Positions 45,256-55,187 of a DNA stretch of 64,000 bases are shown here, piece by piece. Each line of letters opens with the position of its first letter. The first letter of the stretch is position 1. This stretch comes from an uncultured Clostridia bacterium. Lineage in GTDB: Bacteria; Bacillota; Clostridia; Christensenellales; UBA1242. The DNA lies in contig CALVOG010000006.1 in the NCBI GenBank assembly GCA_944350265.1, forward strand, positions 6,709-70,708. The letters run 5' to 3'. The translations under genes and the position numbers were made by a program. The notes beneath the pieces are model-generated. The model had not been told where the DNA came from, made no database searches, and saw nothing but the letters and a program-made list of their open reading frames with translations.

Positions 45256-45368
45256 GACGGCTTTCAAAAATTAGAGATAATACCACTTATAAGATTACGC
45301 TTATCTTATAAGATTACGCTTATAAAATTGCAACAATGTTTTTCTTTGCGCCCATTTTGCGCGAAATA

Positions 45369-45397
45369 TTGACAGTGTCAGCGCTTTATGGTATAAT
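45369..45397 (+). promoter_or_regulatory. consensus promoter TTGACA-17-(TGg)TATAAT
   Basis: TTGACA 45369-45374, TG 45389-45390, TATAAT 45392-45397. It lies inside the track's extended ORF, which supports the ATG at 45420. Confidence 0.65.
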
Positions 45398-45419
45398 GAA
45401 AGGGATTTGGAGGAATTTT

Positions 45420-46925
45420 ATGAAAATTAAGGCTGGTTTTTTAGGTAAGGAAGATTTTAAAGCATTGAAAAGGGAATGCACGGTGGAGGAACTTCAAGAG
45501 TATTTCGACACGTGGCTTTCGAATAAAACCTATAAATATATGAAAACTTTTCCGCTATTAGAAGATAAAGAGGAAAACTTTGAAAACCTCTATAATTGCC
45601 TAATTTCGGGCAGGATGAGTTCGCCAACACAAATTGCTGACTACATTTTTAAAGCGTATGTCGACAGTGACAAGGACGAGGTTTTAAAGTATGTCAGCAT
45701 TGTTGACAATAAGGTTAAAAGGCCATATGAGCTTGTTGCCGATTACATTGAAAACTACCTTTTGAGAGAGGAAGAAAAGGAAGAGTTTGAGAGCGCGTGT
45801 GGCGATAAAAGAGGCACGAAGGCGACGGTGGACTATCTTGGCAGAATTGTCACTGATAGGCTCAGCGAAAGATTTTCGAATTTGGTATATTTCGACGATT
45901 CAAACTTCAACGGACCAAACAAAAAGGTCAAGGATATTTTCTATGAATGGTTTAACGCCAACGGTTTCGAGAGGCAAAAATATGGCGAAAATATGCCAGT
46001 TGTCTTTGCATATGGCGATAAAAAAGTGCCTAAAAGACAAAATTTTCTTTTAGACAGTTATCTTTCCGTGGTGAAAAGGTATGTTGATGGCTTCACCAGC
46101 AAATTTCAATTCAGCCCTTCCTATCCACTTCGTAGCCAAGCGGTGGAGCGCGACTGGATGGCTATGAGAGATATTTTGTCGAATCTATACGACGCAATGA
46201 CCGACGAAACGAAAAATGACAAGCGAATTGTGGATGCAAAATTAAAAACCGATTATCTTTTCGACGACAACTTCTATGAGCGATTTATAAAGACGAACAC
46301 CGACAAAAAGTATGGCGACGATTTCAACAGGTTATCCTCCGCGATTTCCGCTCTTGCCGACGGCAGAGCTCACAAAGGCTCAAAGGAAGAGATAAACCGA
46401 TTTTTGGCGCAAATGGACGTTGTTAAAAAGGCGCTGACCGAAACCACCACCGACAAAAATGGGAGAACTTACACGCAACCAGCCAACTTTTTCAAGGTGA
46501 CGGATATGCGACCGAAAAGTTATTTCACAAGCATCGTTAAGTTGCAAAAAATTTTCACAGAGAACGAGGAACTTAAAAACAAGTTAGAGGAAATGCGCGT
46601 TCTATTAAGGGACAATTTCGCGTGGTCTTGGAGCGTGTCAGCAACTTCGCGTCAAAAACTTGAAAACACCGACGAACTTTCGCCAGAGAGGGTGTTGTCA
46701 TACACCTCAAACATAGGTGTTTTGAATTTGTCCAGCAAAGATGGCGTTATCGACAACAAGAAAATGAAGGAGATTGCCACCGACACCGTGAAATACATCG
46801 AGGAAAATAACTTGCCAAAATATCCAGTTTGTGCACAAACAATTTTTAAGGCACTTGCGAAGGATATGGAACCTATTGCGAAAAAATACCTTATTAATGA
46901 AGAGAATAAGTCGGTTGAGAGATAA
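45420..46925 (+). CDS. orphan hypothetical protein (501 aa), no motif recognised
   Basis: GGAGGAATTTT before the ATG. Soluble, charged, helical-looking. Has its own promoter and terminator. Confidence 0.6.
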   Translation: MKIKAGFLGKEDFKALKRECTVEELQEYFDTWLSNKTYKYMKTFPLLEDKEENFENLYNCLISGRMSSPTQIADYIFKAYVDSDKDEVLKYVSIVDNKVKRPYELVADYIENYLLREEEKEEFESACGDKRGTKATVDYLGRIVTDRLSERFSNLVYFDDSNFNGPNKKVKDIFYEWFNANGFERQKYGENMPVVFAYGDKKVPKRQNFLLDSYLSVVKRYVDGFTSKFQFSPSYPLRSQAVERDWMAMRDILSNLYDAMTDETKNDKRIVDAKLKTDYLFDDNFYERFIKTNTDKKYGDDFNRLSSAISALADGRAHKGSKEEINRFLAQMDVVKKALTETTTDKNGRTYTQPANFFKVTDMRPKSYFTSIVKLQKIFTENEELKNKLEEMRVLLRDNFAWSWSVSATSRQKLENTDELSPERVLSYTSNIGVLNLSSKDGVIDNKKMKEIATDTVKYIEENNLPKYPVCAQTIFKALAKDMEPIAKKYLINEENKSVER

Positions 46926-46966
46926 TAAAAGGTCGAAAATCGCCAAATATGTTCTAAAAACAAAAC

Positions 46967-46995
46967 AAAAATGTCCAAATTTAGGACATTTTTTC
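46967..46995 (+). terminator. rho-independent terminator
   Basis: Stem AAAATGTCC / GGACATTTT, loop AAATTTA, T-run. Confidence 0.8.
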
Positions 46996-47065
46996 TAAAA
47001 TATTTAGGAAAATTTCTGTTGATGTGGTATAATAAGGTTAAATTGTTGTTTTTTAGGAGAGCACC

Positions 47066-48820
47066 TTGCAATTCTTTTCAGCCGATTGGTTACAAGAACT
47101 TAAAAGAAAGTGTGATTTGGTCAGCATTGCTTCAAACTATTTGCGCCTCGAACAAAAGGGGAGGCGGTTTTGGGCGTGCTGTCCTTTTCACAACGAAAAA
47201 ACGCCCTCTTTTTCGATATCGGAGGACGGAGTTTATTACTGCTTCGGCTGTAAGGAGAGCGGTGATGTCATAAAGTTCATTGAAAAAATGGAAAATGTTG
47301 ACTTCTATGACGCCGTCAAACTTTTGGCGGAAAAGGCGGGAATGCCATTGCCAGAAGTGGAGGCGAGCGAGGAAGTAACAAAAAAACAAAAACTTAAAGA
47401 ACGAATTTTGCAGGCGCTGGACCTAGCGCAAAAGCACTACGAAGAAAATCTATACTCAAAGGAAGCGGTGAAAGCGCAAGAATACATAAAAAAGCGCAAG
47501 TTCACAAGGCGAGAGTTAATCGACTTTAAAATCGGTTACAGCAAGGACTGGACGGACGTTGTCACTTACCTTAAAGGCAAGGGTTTTACCGATGAGGAAC
47601 TTGTCACGGCGGGGATTTGCGGAAGAAAGAATGGCAGGCTGTTTGATGTGCTTGCCGAGAGGTTGGTGTTTCCAATATTTAACGCATTCAATGAATGCAT
47701 AGGTTTCAGTGCGCGTGCGCTGGAAAAAACCGATTTTGCAAAATATAAAAACACGGCAGAAACGCCAGTTTTCCAAAAGGGAAGAGTGGTGTTTGGCATA
47801 AACCTTCTTAAAAAACTCAAACAGCAAGAGGGGATTAACAGGATTATTTTGGTTGAAGGGCAAATGGATGTCATCGCAATGCACAAGGGCGGATTTAAAA
47901 ATACGGTTGCGTGTATGGGCACGGCACTCACCAAAGACCACATTTTGGAACTAAAACGTTACAGCAAGAACTTTGTCCTTTGTTTTGATAATGACGGCGC
48001 GGGCGAGAAAGCAACCTTGCGTGCAATCGAACTCTTCCGTGGCGAAGGGGTGGATTTAAGAGTGGCAACGCTCACGGGCGGAAAGGACGCCGACGAGGTT
48101 TTGAATAATTTAGGAAGCGCGGAACTTGAAAAAATGATTGACAGTGCGGTGCCGTATATGACTTACCTAATTTCGCACCATCAAAAACAGTTCGACCTGT
48201 CAAAGCCAGAAGAAAAAGGACGCTTTGTGAAGGCGGTGCTTGGCGAGATTAAGAAGTTAGAGTTCGACGTTGAAAGAGAGCCGTATTTGGAGATTGTGCG
48301 AGATTTAACCAACATTCCGCTGGAGGTTTTACGGCGAGATTTGGGCGGAAAAATCACCGTGGACAAGCATCAAAAAATGGAAAAGGAAGAGGGAGGCGTG
48401 GAAAGCGGTAACGAAAAGGCGGTGGTATTTATTTTAGCGTCAATGTTACATCACAAGGATTTTGTCAATAATCAAATCGACTATCGGCGCCTTTTGGATG
48501 GATATGAGCGCTATCTTAGCGTGATTGAAAAAAACATTCCGCTTTCATCGCTGTTTGATATCGACGGCGTGCGGGATGATAAAACAATGCTGAATATCAT
48601 AAATTACAACTTTGCGCTATACGAAAATGTGGAAAAGAAATATTTTGACGAGTGCGTGTGGATTTTGGCGGAAGAAAAACTCAAAAAGGAACAAGCGAAA
48701 CTTAGCGCTGAGTTTAAATCGTGCGAGGACTTACAACTTCGCGCGGATATTGCAAAAAGGCTGGGCAAGATTGCCAGCGATTTGAAGAACAAGAATTTGG
48801 AGGTTTTTTATGTTAGATGA
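47066..48820 (+). CDS. dnaG: DNA primase
   Basis: Zinc finger [52 protein letters not shown] / [15 protein letters not shown] start after AGGAGA. Confidence 0.95.
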   Translation: MQFFSADWLQELKRKCDLVSIASNYLRLEQKGRRFWACCPFHNEKTPSFSISEDGVYYCFGCKESGDVIKFIEKMENVDFYDAVKLLAEKAGMPLPEVEASEEVTKKQKLKERILQALDLAQKHYEENLYSKEAVKAQEYIKKRKFTRRELIDFKIGYSKDWTDVVTYLKGKGFTDEELVTAGICGRKNGRLFDVLAERLVFPIFNAFNECIGFSARALEKTDFAKYKNTAETPVFQKGRVVFGINLLKKLKQQEGINRIILVEGQMDVIAMHKGGFKNTVACMGTALTKDHILELKRYSKNFVLCFDNDGAGEKATLRAIELFRGEGVDLRVATLTGGKDADEVLNNLGSAELEKMIDSAVPYMTYLISHHQKQFDLSKPEEKGRFVKAVLGEIKKLEFDVEREPYLEIVRDLTNIPLEVLRRDLGGKITVDKHQKMEKEEGGVESGNEKAVVFILASMLHHKDFVNNQIDYRRLLDGYERYLSVIEKNIPLSSLFDIDGVRDDKTMLNIINYNFALYENVEKKYFDECVWILAEEKLKKEQAKLSAEFKSCEDLQLRADIAKRLGKIASDLKNKNLEVFYVR

Positions 48821-49880
48821 AAAAGCAGAAGAGAAAGCAAAAGTGGTTTATGACAAACTTATGGCGCTTGCGATGAAGAAAGGCTCGCTGAATGCCGACG
48901 ATGTTTATTTTTCTATGCTTAAAGTGGGCGAAAATGCCGAAAGTATTGAAAAATTTTTGCAGAGTTTAGAGAAAAAGGGAATTAAAATCATTAAAAGCAA
49001 CGACGAAGATTTATTGAAAGACAACTTCGCCGACATCACAATGTTTCCCAATGTCGATGACCCTGTTAAAATGTATTTAAAAGATATCGGCAAGGTGCCT
49101 CTTCTTTCAATGGAGGAGGAAAAAGATTTTGCCGAGCGCGCTATGCAGGGCGACGAGTATGCCAAAAGTAAACTTTGCGAATCCAACCTCCGCCTTGTTG
49201 TCAGCGTGGCAAAGAGGTATGTTGGCAAAACCTCGATGTCGTTTTTGGACCTCATCCAAGAGGGCAATTTGGGGCTACTAAAAGCGGTGGAAAAGTTTGA
49301 CTACACCAAGGGCTTCAAATTCTCCACTTACGCCACTTGGTGGATTAGGCAGGCAATAACCCGCGCAATGGCAGACCAGTCGCGCACGATAAGAATTCCG
49401 GTGCATATGGTGGAAACCATCAATAAATACGTCAAAGTGACAAGAATGTTGATGCAAAAATTAGGCAGAGAGCCGTCGGTTGAAGAGATTGCTGGCGAAA
49501 TGGGAATCTCCGTCAACAAAGTGCTGGAAATTAGGCGCACGTCGCAGGACCCAATCTCGCTGGAAACGCCAATGGGCGAGGAAGATGACGGCAAAATGGC
49601 GGATATTATCGAGGATGAAACCTCTAAATCGCCACTTGAGAGCGCGTCGCAAAGCCTTTTAAGAGAGCAACTTTTGGCGGTTATCGACACCCTCACTCCG
49701 CGTGAGCAAGAGGTGATTCGCCAGCGTTATGGGCTTATGGACGGCAGGCAAAAGACCCTTGAAGAAGTGGGCAGAGAGTTCTCGGTGACCCGTGAAAGAA
49801 TAAGGCAAATTGAAGCGAAGGCGCTTAGAAAATTAAAACATCCAAACAGAAGTAAAAAGTTACAAGATTTTGTGGAATAG
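48810..49880 (+). CDS. rpoD: primary RNA polymerase sigma factor (sigma-70/SigA)
   Basis: Region 2 [39 protein letters not shown]. Region 4.2 [29 protein letters not shown]. Overlaps dnaG by 11 nt. Confidence 0.95.
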   Translation: MLDEKAEEKAKVVYDKLMALAMKKGSLNADDVYFSMLKVGENAESIEKFLQSLEKKGIKIIKSNDEDLLKDNFADITMFPNVDDPVKMYLKDIGKVPLLSMEEEKDFAERAMQGDEYAKSKLCESNLRLVVSVAKRYVGKTSMSFLDLIQEGNLGLLKAVEKFDYTKGFKFSTYATWWIRQAITRAMADQSRTIRIPVHMVETINKYVKVTRMLMQKLGREPSVEEIAGEMGISVNKVLEIRRTSQDPISLETPMGEEDDGKMADIIEDETSKSPLESASQSLLREQLLAVIDTLTPREQEVIRQRYGLMDGRQKTLEEVGREFSVTRERIRQIEAKALRKLKHPNRSKKLQDFVE

Positions 49881-49888
49881 GAGGAAAT

Positions 49889-50590
49889 ATGGACTTAACA
49901 AATTTATTGAAATACCAAGAGGTGGACGCAAAACTTTTCGATGTTGAAAGCAAATTGACGGCAAGCCCAGCAAGAAAGAAGATGAGTGAACTTTCCAAGG
50001 TGGCAAAAACGGCGCAAGTGAAATCTAACGAACTTGAGGCGGAGGCAAACAAGGTGCTTGCCGAAATCGACGATGTGAAAGTGAAGTTTGAAGAAAACAA
50101 GAAGAGTTTGCAAAGCCTTTTAAACAAGGACCTAGAAAAACTTTCGGCGGAAGATTTGGATAAAATTTCCGTCCTCAAAGGGAAGATTTTGAATAATTTA
50201 AACTACTTAGAAAAGGCTCTTCAAAAACACGCGGAGCAAATTAACCACATTTTAATGGAGTATAATAAAACCAAGAAGATGTATGACGGAGCGCGCGTGC
50301 AGTTTATTGAATGCAAGAAAAAAGTGGAAGAGGAAACCAAAATTTTGGAACCGGAAAAGGAGCGCTTAAAGAAAGAACTTGAAACGCTTTCGAAGAGTGT
50401 TGAGAAAAATCTTATGGCGGAATACCAAAAGCGCCGAAACGACCACATTTTCCCTGTTGTTGTTCCGCTTGAAGGCACAAATTTTTGCGGACGTTGCCGA
50501 ATGGAATTGCCAATGGTGGCGATTTCGCGTATAAAGGATGTTGGCGTGATAACCTGCGAACATTGCAAGCGCTTGGTTTATAAAAAATAG
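49889..50590 (+). CDS. coiled-coil protein with a C-terminal C4 zinc ribbon (COG1579 / DUF164-like)
   Basis: Long coiled coil followed by FCGRCRMELPMVAISRIKDVGVITCEHCKRLVY. SD AGGAGG. Confidence 0.6.
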   Translation: MDLTNLLKYQEVDAKLFDVESKLTASPARKKMSELSKVAKTAQVKSNELEAEANKVLAEIDDVKVKFEENKKSLQSLLNKDLEKLSAEDLDKISVLKGKILNNLNYLEKALQKHAEQINHILMEYNKTKKMYDGARVQFIECKKKVEEETKILEPEKERLKKELETLSKSVEKNLMAEYQKRRNDHIFPVVVPLEGTNFCGRCRMELPMVAISRIKDVGVITCEHCKRLVYKK

Positions 50591-50682
50591 GCTAAAATAA
50601 TATGGATAAAGCGCGCAAAAATGCAAGTCGGTATCTCGCAATAATATCATTTTAGTCAAATCAAGCGTGCTTAATCATCAAA

Positions 50683-50735
50683 AAAGGATATTTGGGCTTA
50701 AAGAGTTTTAAGCGTTTCAAATATCCTTTTATTAT
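50683..50735 (+). terminator. long compound hairpin terminator
   Basis: Outer stem AAAGGATATTTG / CAAATATCCTTT, inner stem CTTAAA / TTTAAG, then TTATTATT. Confidence 0.55.
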
Positions 50736-50882
50736 TATCTTCAATTTTTTATATATTATACCTTTAAGTTTTTTTGGTATTTATTTTATATTTTTTTAGT
50801 ATTTAACTAAATAATTTTAGATTTTTTTATATATTTCGGCTTTAATTTTTTTTGCTAATTAGTGTTTTTTTTATTATTTCTA

Positions 50883-52019
50883 TTAACAATTTGCGAGTGG
50901 TTTGGTTTTAAGAATTTGCTTAATTGCAAAGATAAGTTTTTCCACCTCTTGCAAAGTGTTGAAAAGCGAGAAGGAAACTCTCACAAGACCAGTGTCAATT
51001 GTGCCAAGGGCCTCGTGCTTTTTGGGAGCGCAGTGGTAACCGCCTCGAACGCATATTCCGTATTTTTCGCTTAAAATATTTGCTAAATCTGCCGAGTGAA
51101 TCCCGTCAATATTAAAAGCAAGCACGCCGTTTGTGTTCTCAGTTGATGTGTAGATTTTCACGGGCAGTTTGGAAAGTTCATAGTGTAGAAATGTTGTTAA
51201 ATCATCAAGTTTCTCCTTGATTGCATAAAAATTTTCCTCCACAAAACTGACGCCAGCGCCAAAAGCGAGAATGTTAGGTGTGCAAATTGTGCCACTTTCC
51301 AACCGCTCGGGAAGAGAATCGGGTTGGTGTAATTCCAGCGAGTTTGTGCCAGTTCCGCCAAAGAGGATGGGGCTGAGTTTTATATCTCCGCAAATCGCCA
51401 AACAACCGACGCCTTGGGGAGAATAGAAGCCCTTGTGCGGGGCAAGAGCAAGCATTGAAATCCCCATTTTTTTCATATCATAGCGAAAATGTCCACCACT
51501 TTGCGCTCCGTCCACGAGAAGAGGAATGTTTAACTCTTTCAGCTTTTCGCCAATCTCTTCAATGTCCGCCACATCGCCATTGACGTTTGAGATATGGTTG
51601 ATAATCACAAGTTTTGTATCCTTCGTAAGATGCGATTCAAGGTCTAAAAATGTCAAGCGCCCCTTTTGTGCTTGGGTGGCAATTTTGAAGCGCACGTTTT
51701 TTTCGTCGGCAAGATGTTGTAGCGGTCGAAGAACGGAATTATGCTCGCTTTCTGTGCAAACAACTTCGCCGTCATAGGCAGTGCCAAGGATGGCAAGATT
51801 GAGCGCGTGAGTGCATCCGCCTGTGAAAATAATGTTGTCGGCACCAAGATATTTCGCAAGTTTTTCGCGCACTTTTTCCACCTCCAGCGCGGTTTTGATG
51901 GCCTCTCTATGACCACTTCTGCCAGGGTTAGAAGAGTAAAATTCCAAGGCGTCCAGCATCGCCTTTTGCACCTGTTTTGGCTTTATTAAAGTCGAAGCGG
52001 AATTATCAAAATAAATCAT
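50883..52019 (-). CDS. cysteine desulfurase (class V aminotransferase fold)
   Basis: MIYFDNSASTL. PLP-Lys context LALAPHKGFY. Active-site Cys context VRGGYHCAP. Confidence 0.85.
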   Translation of the reverse strand: MIYFDNSASTLIKPKQVQKAMLDALEFYSSNPGRSGHREAIKTALEVEKVREKLAKYLGADNIIFTGGCTHALNLAILGTAYDGEVVCTESEHNSVLRPLQHLADEKNVRFKIATQAQKGRLTFLDLESHLTKDTKLVIINHISNVNGDVADIEEIGEKLKELNIPLLVDGAQSGGHFRYDMKKMGISMLALAPHKGFYSPQGVGCLAICGDIKLSPILFGGTGTNSLELHQPDSLPERLESGTICTPNILAFGAGVSFVEENFYAIKEKLDDLTTFLHYELSKLPVKIYTSTENTNGVLAFNIDGIHSADLANILSEKYGICVRGGYHCAPKKHEALGTIDTGLVRVSFSLFNTLQEVEKLIFAIKQILKTKPLANC

Positions 52020-52440
52020 AATCTTCCTCCAAAAGTTGAAAAAATCAATTTTTTTCGCATTTTTTTAACGTTTTTTTGATATTTTTTAACAATTTTCTGT
52101 TTTTTACTATTTTTAGTTTTAGGATTTTGTTTTCACTTTTTTAAGCACAAAGAATTTTCATTTTAAATATTTTTTTGGTTTTATTATTTCTTTAGCATAA
52201 AAGAGTTTTTAGTATTTTTAGCGTGAAGAATTTTTATTTTAAACATTTTTAGAAATTAAAGATTTTCTATTTTTATAACGATATCAAATTAATATTTAAA
52301 ATTTTTAGTCTTTTTTAATTATTTTTTAAGATTTTTTGTATATTTTTCGTCATTTTTTTGCAATTTACTTTCAATTCCTTTTGATAATTTTTAGTGCAAC
52401 AACTTATTGCAATATTAATATAATATAAGTAGGGAAATTT
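52020..52440. other. 420-bp T-rich (+ strand) low-complexity spacer between the divergent desulfurase and DUF3343-like genes
   Basis: Nearly G/C-free. Recurring words TTTTTAGC / ATTTTTAG / TTTTTTAA. Confidence 0.7.
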
Positions 52441-52457
52441 TGTGCATAGAGGGAAAT

Positions 52458-52691
52458 ATGAACTATTATGTTGCGGTTTTCAATTCTCGCTCAGCAACTC
52501 TCGCTTTTGCACGTAAACTGAAGTCGAAAAACATACCTTGCGCCATAATAAACACGCCAAGCGGAATAGCAAAAGCGTGTGGCATCTCGGTGAAATTTTT
52601 TAGTGAAGATTACCTTAAGGTTGAGCCTCTTGTAGGCAAAAATCCTTCCTTTTTCGGCTTTTACAGTTATTTCGACAATGTGAGGTTTTGA
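52458..52691 (+). CDS. DUF3343-like putative Se/S carrier protein (77 aa)
   Basis: Start set to ATG 52458 (after GAGGGAAAT). YYVAVFNSRSATLAFARKLKSKNIPCAIINTPSGIAKACGISVKF fits the DUF3343 pattern with its conserved Cys (recalled). Confidence 0.5.
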   Translation: MNYYVAVFNSRSATLAFARKLKSKNIPCAIINTPSGIAKACGISVKFFSEDYLKVEPLVGKNPSFFGFYSYFDNVRF

Positions 52692-52760
52692 TGCGAGAAA
52701 TTAGCAAGACTTTTTGTTTTGCTAATACATATAAATCAAGGTTTTTCATAAAATACCTCT

Positions 52761-53309
52761 ATGAAATATGCGATGTCGATTTTTTTAATTTGCTCATTCT
52801 TATTTTTGGCACTTTTTGGCGCAAGCGCCATCTATGGCTATATTTTTCCTCTTAGATACCAAACCGAAATCGCCGTGGCATCGGAAACATTCGAGGTTGA
52901 CCCTGTGCTTGTTGCAAGCGTTATTAAAAGTGAAAGCAATTTTCAAAAGGACGTGGTTTCAGTGAAAGGTGCCGAGGGGCTTATGCAAATTCTTCCATCG
53001 ACTGCGGAATATTTGGCAAAGAAATTGAAGTATGGCGAATATGATTTAAAAAAGCCAGAGGATAACATTATGCTTGGCACGTATTATCTATCCCTTTTGT
53101 TCGACGATTTTGCTGATGAAAAGCTCGTGCTGTGCGCATATAATGCGGGGCCTACAAATGTTAAAAAGTGGCTTAATGATGAAAAGAATTTAGATGAAAA
53201 TGGCGCCTTAAAAAACATTCCATTTTCGGAGACTGCAACTTATTACAAAAAATGTATGCAGGCAAAAAAATACTATAATCTCAAAAGAAATTATTTAAAA
53301 ACCGCATAA
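52761..53309 (+). CDS. membrane-anchored lytic transglycosylase (SLT domain)
   Basis: N-terminal TM helix. IKSESNFQKDVVSVKGAEGLMQILPSTA (catalytic Glu in ES), AYNAGPTNV. Confidence 0.8.
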   Translation: MKYAMSIFLICSFLFLALFGASAIYGYIFPLRYQTEIAVASETFEVDPVLVASVIKSESNFQKDVVSVKGAEGLMQILPSTAEYLAKKLKYGEYDLKKPEDNIMLGTYYLSLLFDDFADEKLVLCAYNAGPTNVKKWLNDEKNLDENGALKNIPFSETATYYKKCMQAKKYYNLKRNYLKTA

Positions 53310-53520
53310 AAACCTAATAAAATAATCTTCCATAGAATTGCTTGAAATTGAATAAGAATTAAAACGCCTAAGCCGGATTAGGACCTTGTGCGAAAAATCT
53401 TATTTGGGATATGTTGTGGAAAAAGGAATTAGACGCCTGCGAGTGACCGGCGAAACCTTTGATGAAGAGCTTAGTACGATTTTAATAGAAATAACGTTAT
53501 AACACTGTGCGCTAAGCTTC

Positions 53521-53560
53521 TTTTAAGTGGAAAAATTCTACATACGCGGGCAGTGATGGG
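53521..53560. repeat. isolated copy of repeat module R2
   Basis: TTTTAAGTGGAAAAATTCTACATACGCGGGCAGTGATGGG, compared with TTTTAAGAGGATAGAATAGACATTCGCGGGCGGTGGC at 45021. Confidence 0.6.
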
Positions 53561-53754
53561 CTGACTAGCCTGCAGGCGATACAACACGTAATAGAGTGTG
53601 CCGGGGCGGTGTTTAAGAATAATTCCGTAAATATTTTCTCGCCAGTGCTTGACTTTTTTATTATTTTATGATATCTTATCTATTGCAGTAAGATACTGTC
53701 CTTGTTTTTGGCGTTTTAGACCAAAAACCATTTTGTCCAAAAGGAGGTAGAGAG

Positions 53755-54036
53755 ATGAATAAGTATGAACTTATGTTTATCATCGCATCAAGTGCTAGCG
53801 ACGAGAAAAAGGAAGAACTTATCTCAAAGTTTAAGTCCTATGTTGAAGCGCACAAAGGCACTGTTGAAGGCGTTGAGAAAATTGGTATGAAAAAGTTTGC
53901 TTATCCAATCAACTTCTCAAACGAGGGTTATTATGTTATCTTTAACATTTTGATGGACCCTGCTGAAGTTGACGCTATGAACAAACTTATGACCATCACT
54001 GATGGCATCGTTCGTCAAATGTTTGTAAAGAAATAG
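53755..54036 (+). CDS. rpsF: 30S ribosomal protein S6
   Basis: MNKYELMFII...GMKKFAYPI pattern. SD AAGGAGG. Confidence 0.93.
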   Translation: MNKYELMFIIASSASDEKKEELISKFKSYVEAHKGTVEGVEKIGMKKFAYPINFSNEGYYVIFNILMDPAEVDAMNKLMTITDGIVRQMFVKK

Positions 54037-54045
54037 GAGAAAATT

Positions 54046-54468
54046 ATGAACAAGGTTATTTTAATTGGAAATTTAACAAGAGACCCAGAACTTTCCACCA
54101 CAAACGGCGGTGTTTCGGTGTGCCGTTTCTCGCTTGCAGTGACAAGACGCTTTGCAAATGCTGACGGCGAGCGCGAGGCAGACTTTTTGAATATCGTGGT
54201 TTGGAGAGCGCAAGCGGAAAACTGCGCGAAGTTTTTGAAGAAAGGCTCTAAGTGTGCGGTTGCGGGAAGAATCCAAACTTCAAGTTACGAGGCGCAGGAT
54301 GGTAGTAAGCGTTACACCACCGACATCGTTGCTGACGAAGTGGAATTCATCACTTCTGGCGCGCGTGGCGGTGACGGGGACTACGCTCCAACTGAGCCAA
54401 AAAGAGAACAAAACACAAAGCAAACCGCTGAACTTCAAGAGATTGAGGACGACAGTTTGCCATTCTAA
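54046..54468 (+). CDS. ssb: single-stranded DNA-binding protein
   Basis: MNKVILIGNLTRDPEL OB fold. Acidic tip DDSLPF. Confidence 0.95.
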   Translation: MNKVILIGNLTRDPELSTTNGGVSVCRFSLAVTRRFANADGEREADFLNIVVWRAQAENCAKFLKKGSKCAVAGRIQTSSYEAQDGSKRYTTDIVADEVEFITSGARGGDGDYAPTEPKREQNTKQTAELQEIEDDSLPF

Positions 54469-54490
54469 AATTTTTTAAAAGGAGTTTATT

Positions 54491-54763
54491 ATGAGCGAAA
54501 CTAAAACCGAGGTTAAGACCGAAGAAAAGGTTCAAGTTAAAAAATATCGCAAGCCATCGAAGAAGAAAGTGTGCGCTTTCTGTGTGGCTGGCGAAAAGAC
54601 GATTGACTATAAAGACATTGCAAAAATAAGAAAATATGTCACCGAAAAAGGTAAGATTTTGCCAAGACGCCAAACTGGTGTTTGCTCTTATCACCAACGT
54701 GAACTTGCTAACGCCATCAAGCGTGCAAGAAATATGGCACTTCTTCCATATCTTGGGGACTAA
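54491..54763 (+). CDS. rpsR: 30S ribosomal protein S18
   Basis: [54 protein letters not shown]. Confidence 0.95.
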   Translation: MSETKTEVKTEEKVQVKKYRKPSKKKVCAFCVAGEKTIDYKDIAKIRKYVTEKGKILPRRQTGVCSYHQRELANAIKRARNMALLPYLGD

Positions 54764-54775
54764 AAGGAGAAGAAT

Positions 54776-54982
54776 ATGAAAGAGAAAATCCATCCAGATT
54801 ACCACGAAGTCACCGTTGTTTGTGCGTGCGGAAACACTTTCAAAACTGGTTCTTGTGTGAAGGGCGACACTCTTAAAATTGACATCTGCAACAAGTGCCA
54901 CCCATTCTTCACTGGCAAGAAAAAGGTTGTTGATGCAAGCGGTAACGTTGAAAAGTTCAACAAAAAATATAACAGAAACTAA
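54776..54982 (+). CDS. rpmE: 50S ribosomal protein L31 (zinc-binding type A)
   Basis: [17 protein letters not shown]...[12 protein letters not shown]. Confidence 0.93.
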   Translation: MKEKIHPDYHEVTVVCACGNTFKTGSCVKGDTLKIDICNKCHPFFTGKKKVVDASGNVEKFNKKYNRN

Positions 54983-55011
54983 GTTTTTGTGTGAAATTTG
55001 TGGATAAATTA

Positions 55012-55050
55012 AAAAACATATTGATTTTTTGTGGTCAATATGTTTTTTTT
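55012..55050 (+). terminator. rho-independent terminator of the rpsF-ssb-rpsR-rpmE operon
   Basis: Stem AACATATTGA / TCAATATGTT followed by T8. A perfect DnaA box TGTGGATAA sits just upstream at 54999-55007. Confidence 0.8.
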
Positions 55051-55187
55051 ATGTTTTAAAATGCAACAAAAAGATATGGAAAAACAAGTTTTTAGGCGTG
55101 TGGAGTTGTTGAAATGTGGACAAATTCATCCTTATATGCGCTGTTTTTGAGGATTGTTTTTGGTTTTCCGCCCATAGATTTTCTTAT

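Noticed and set aside
53340-53650. Structured RNA gene (RNase P, tmRNA, SRP, 6S) in the long region upstream of rpsF, and at 56004-56281
   Set aside because: None of the universal signature strings I know (for example GAGGAAAGTCC for RNase P, a tmRNA tag/T-arm, the SRP GGAA/AGCA motif) are present. Part of the region is a copy of dispersed repeat R2.
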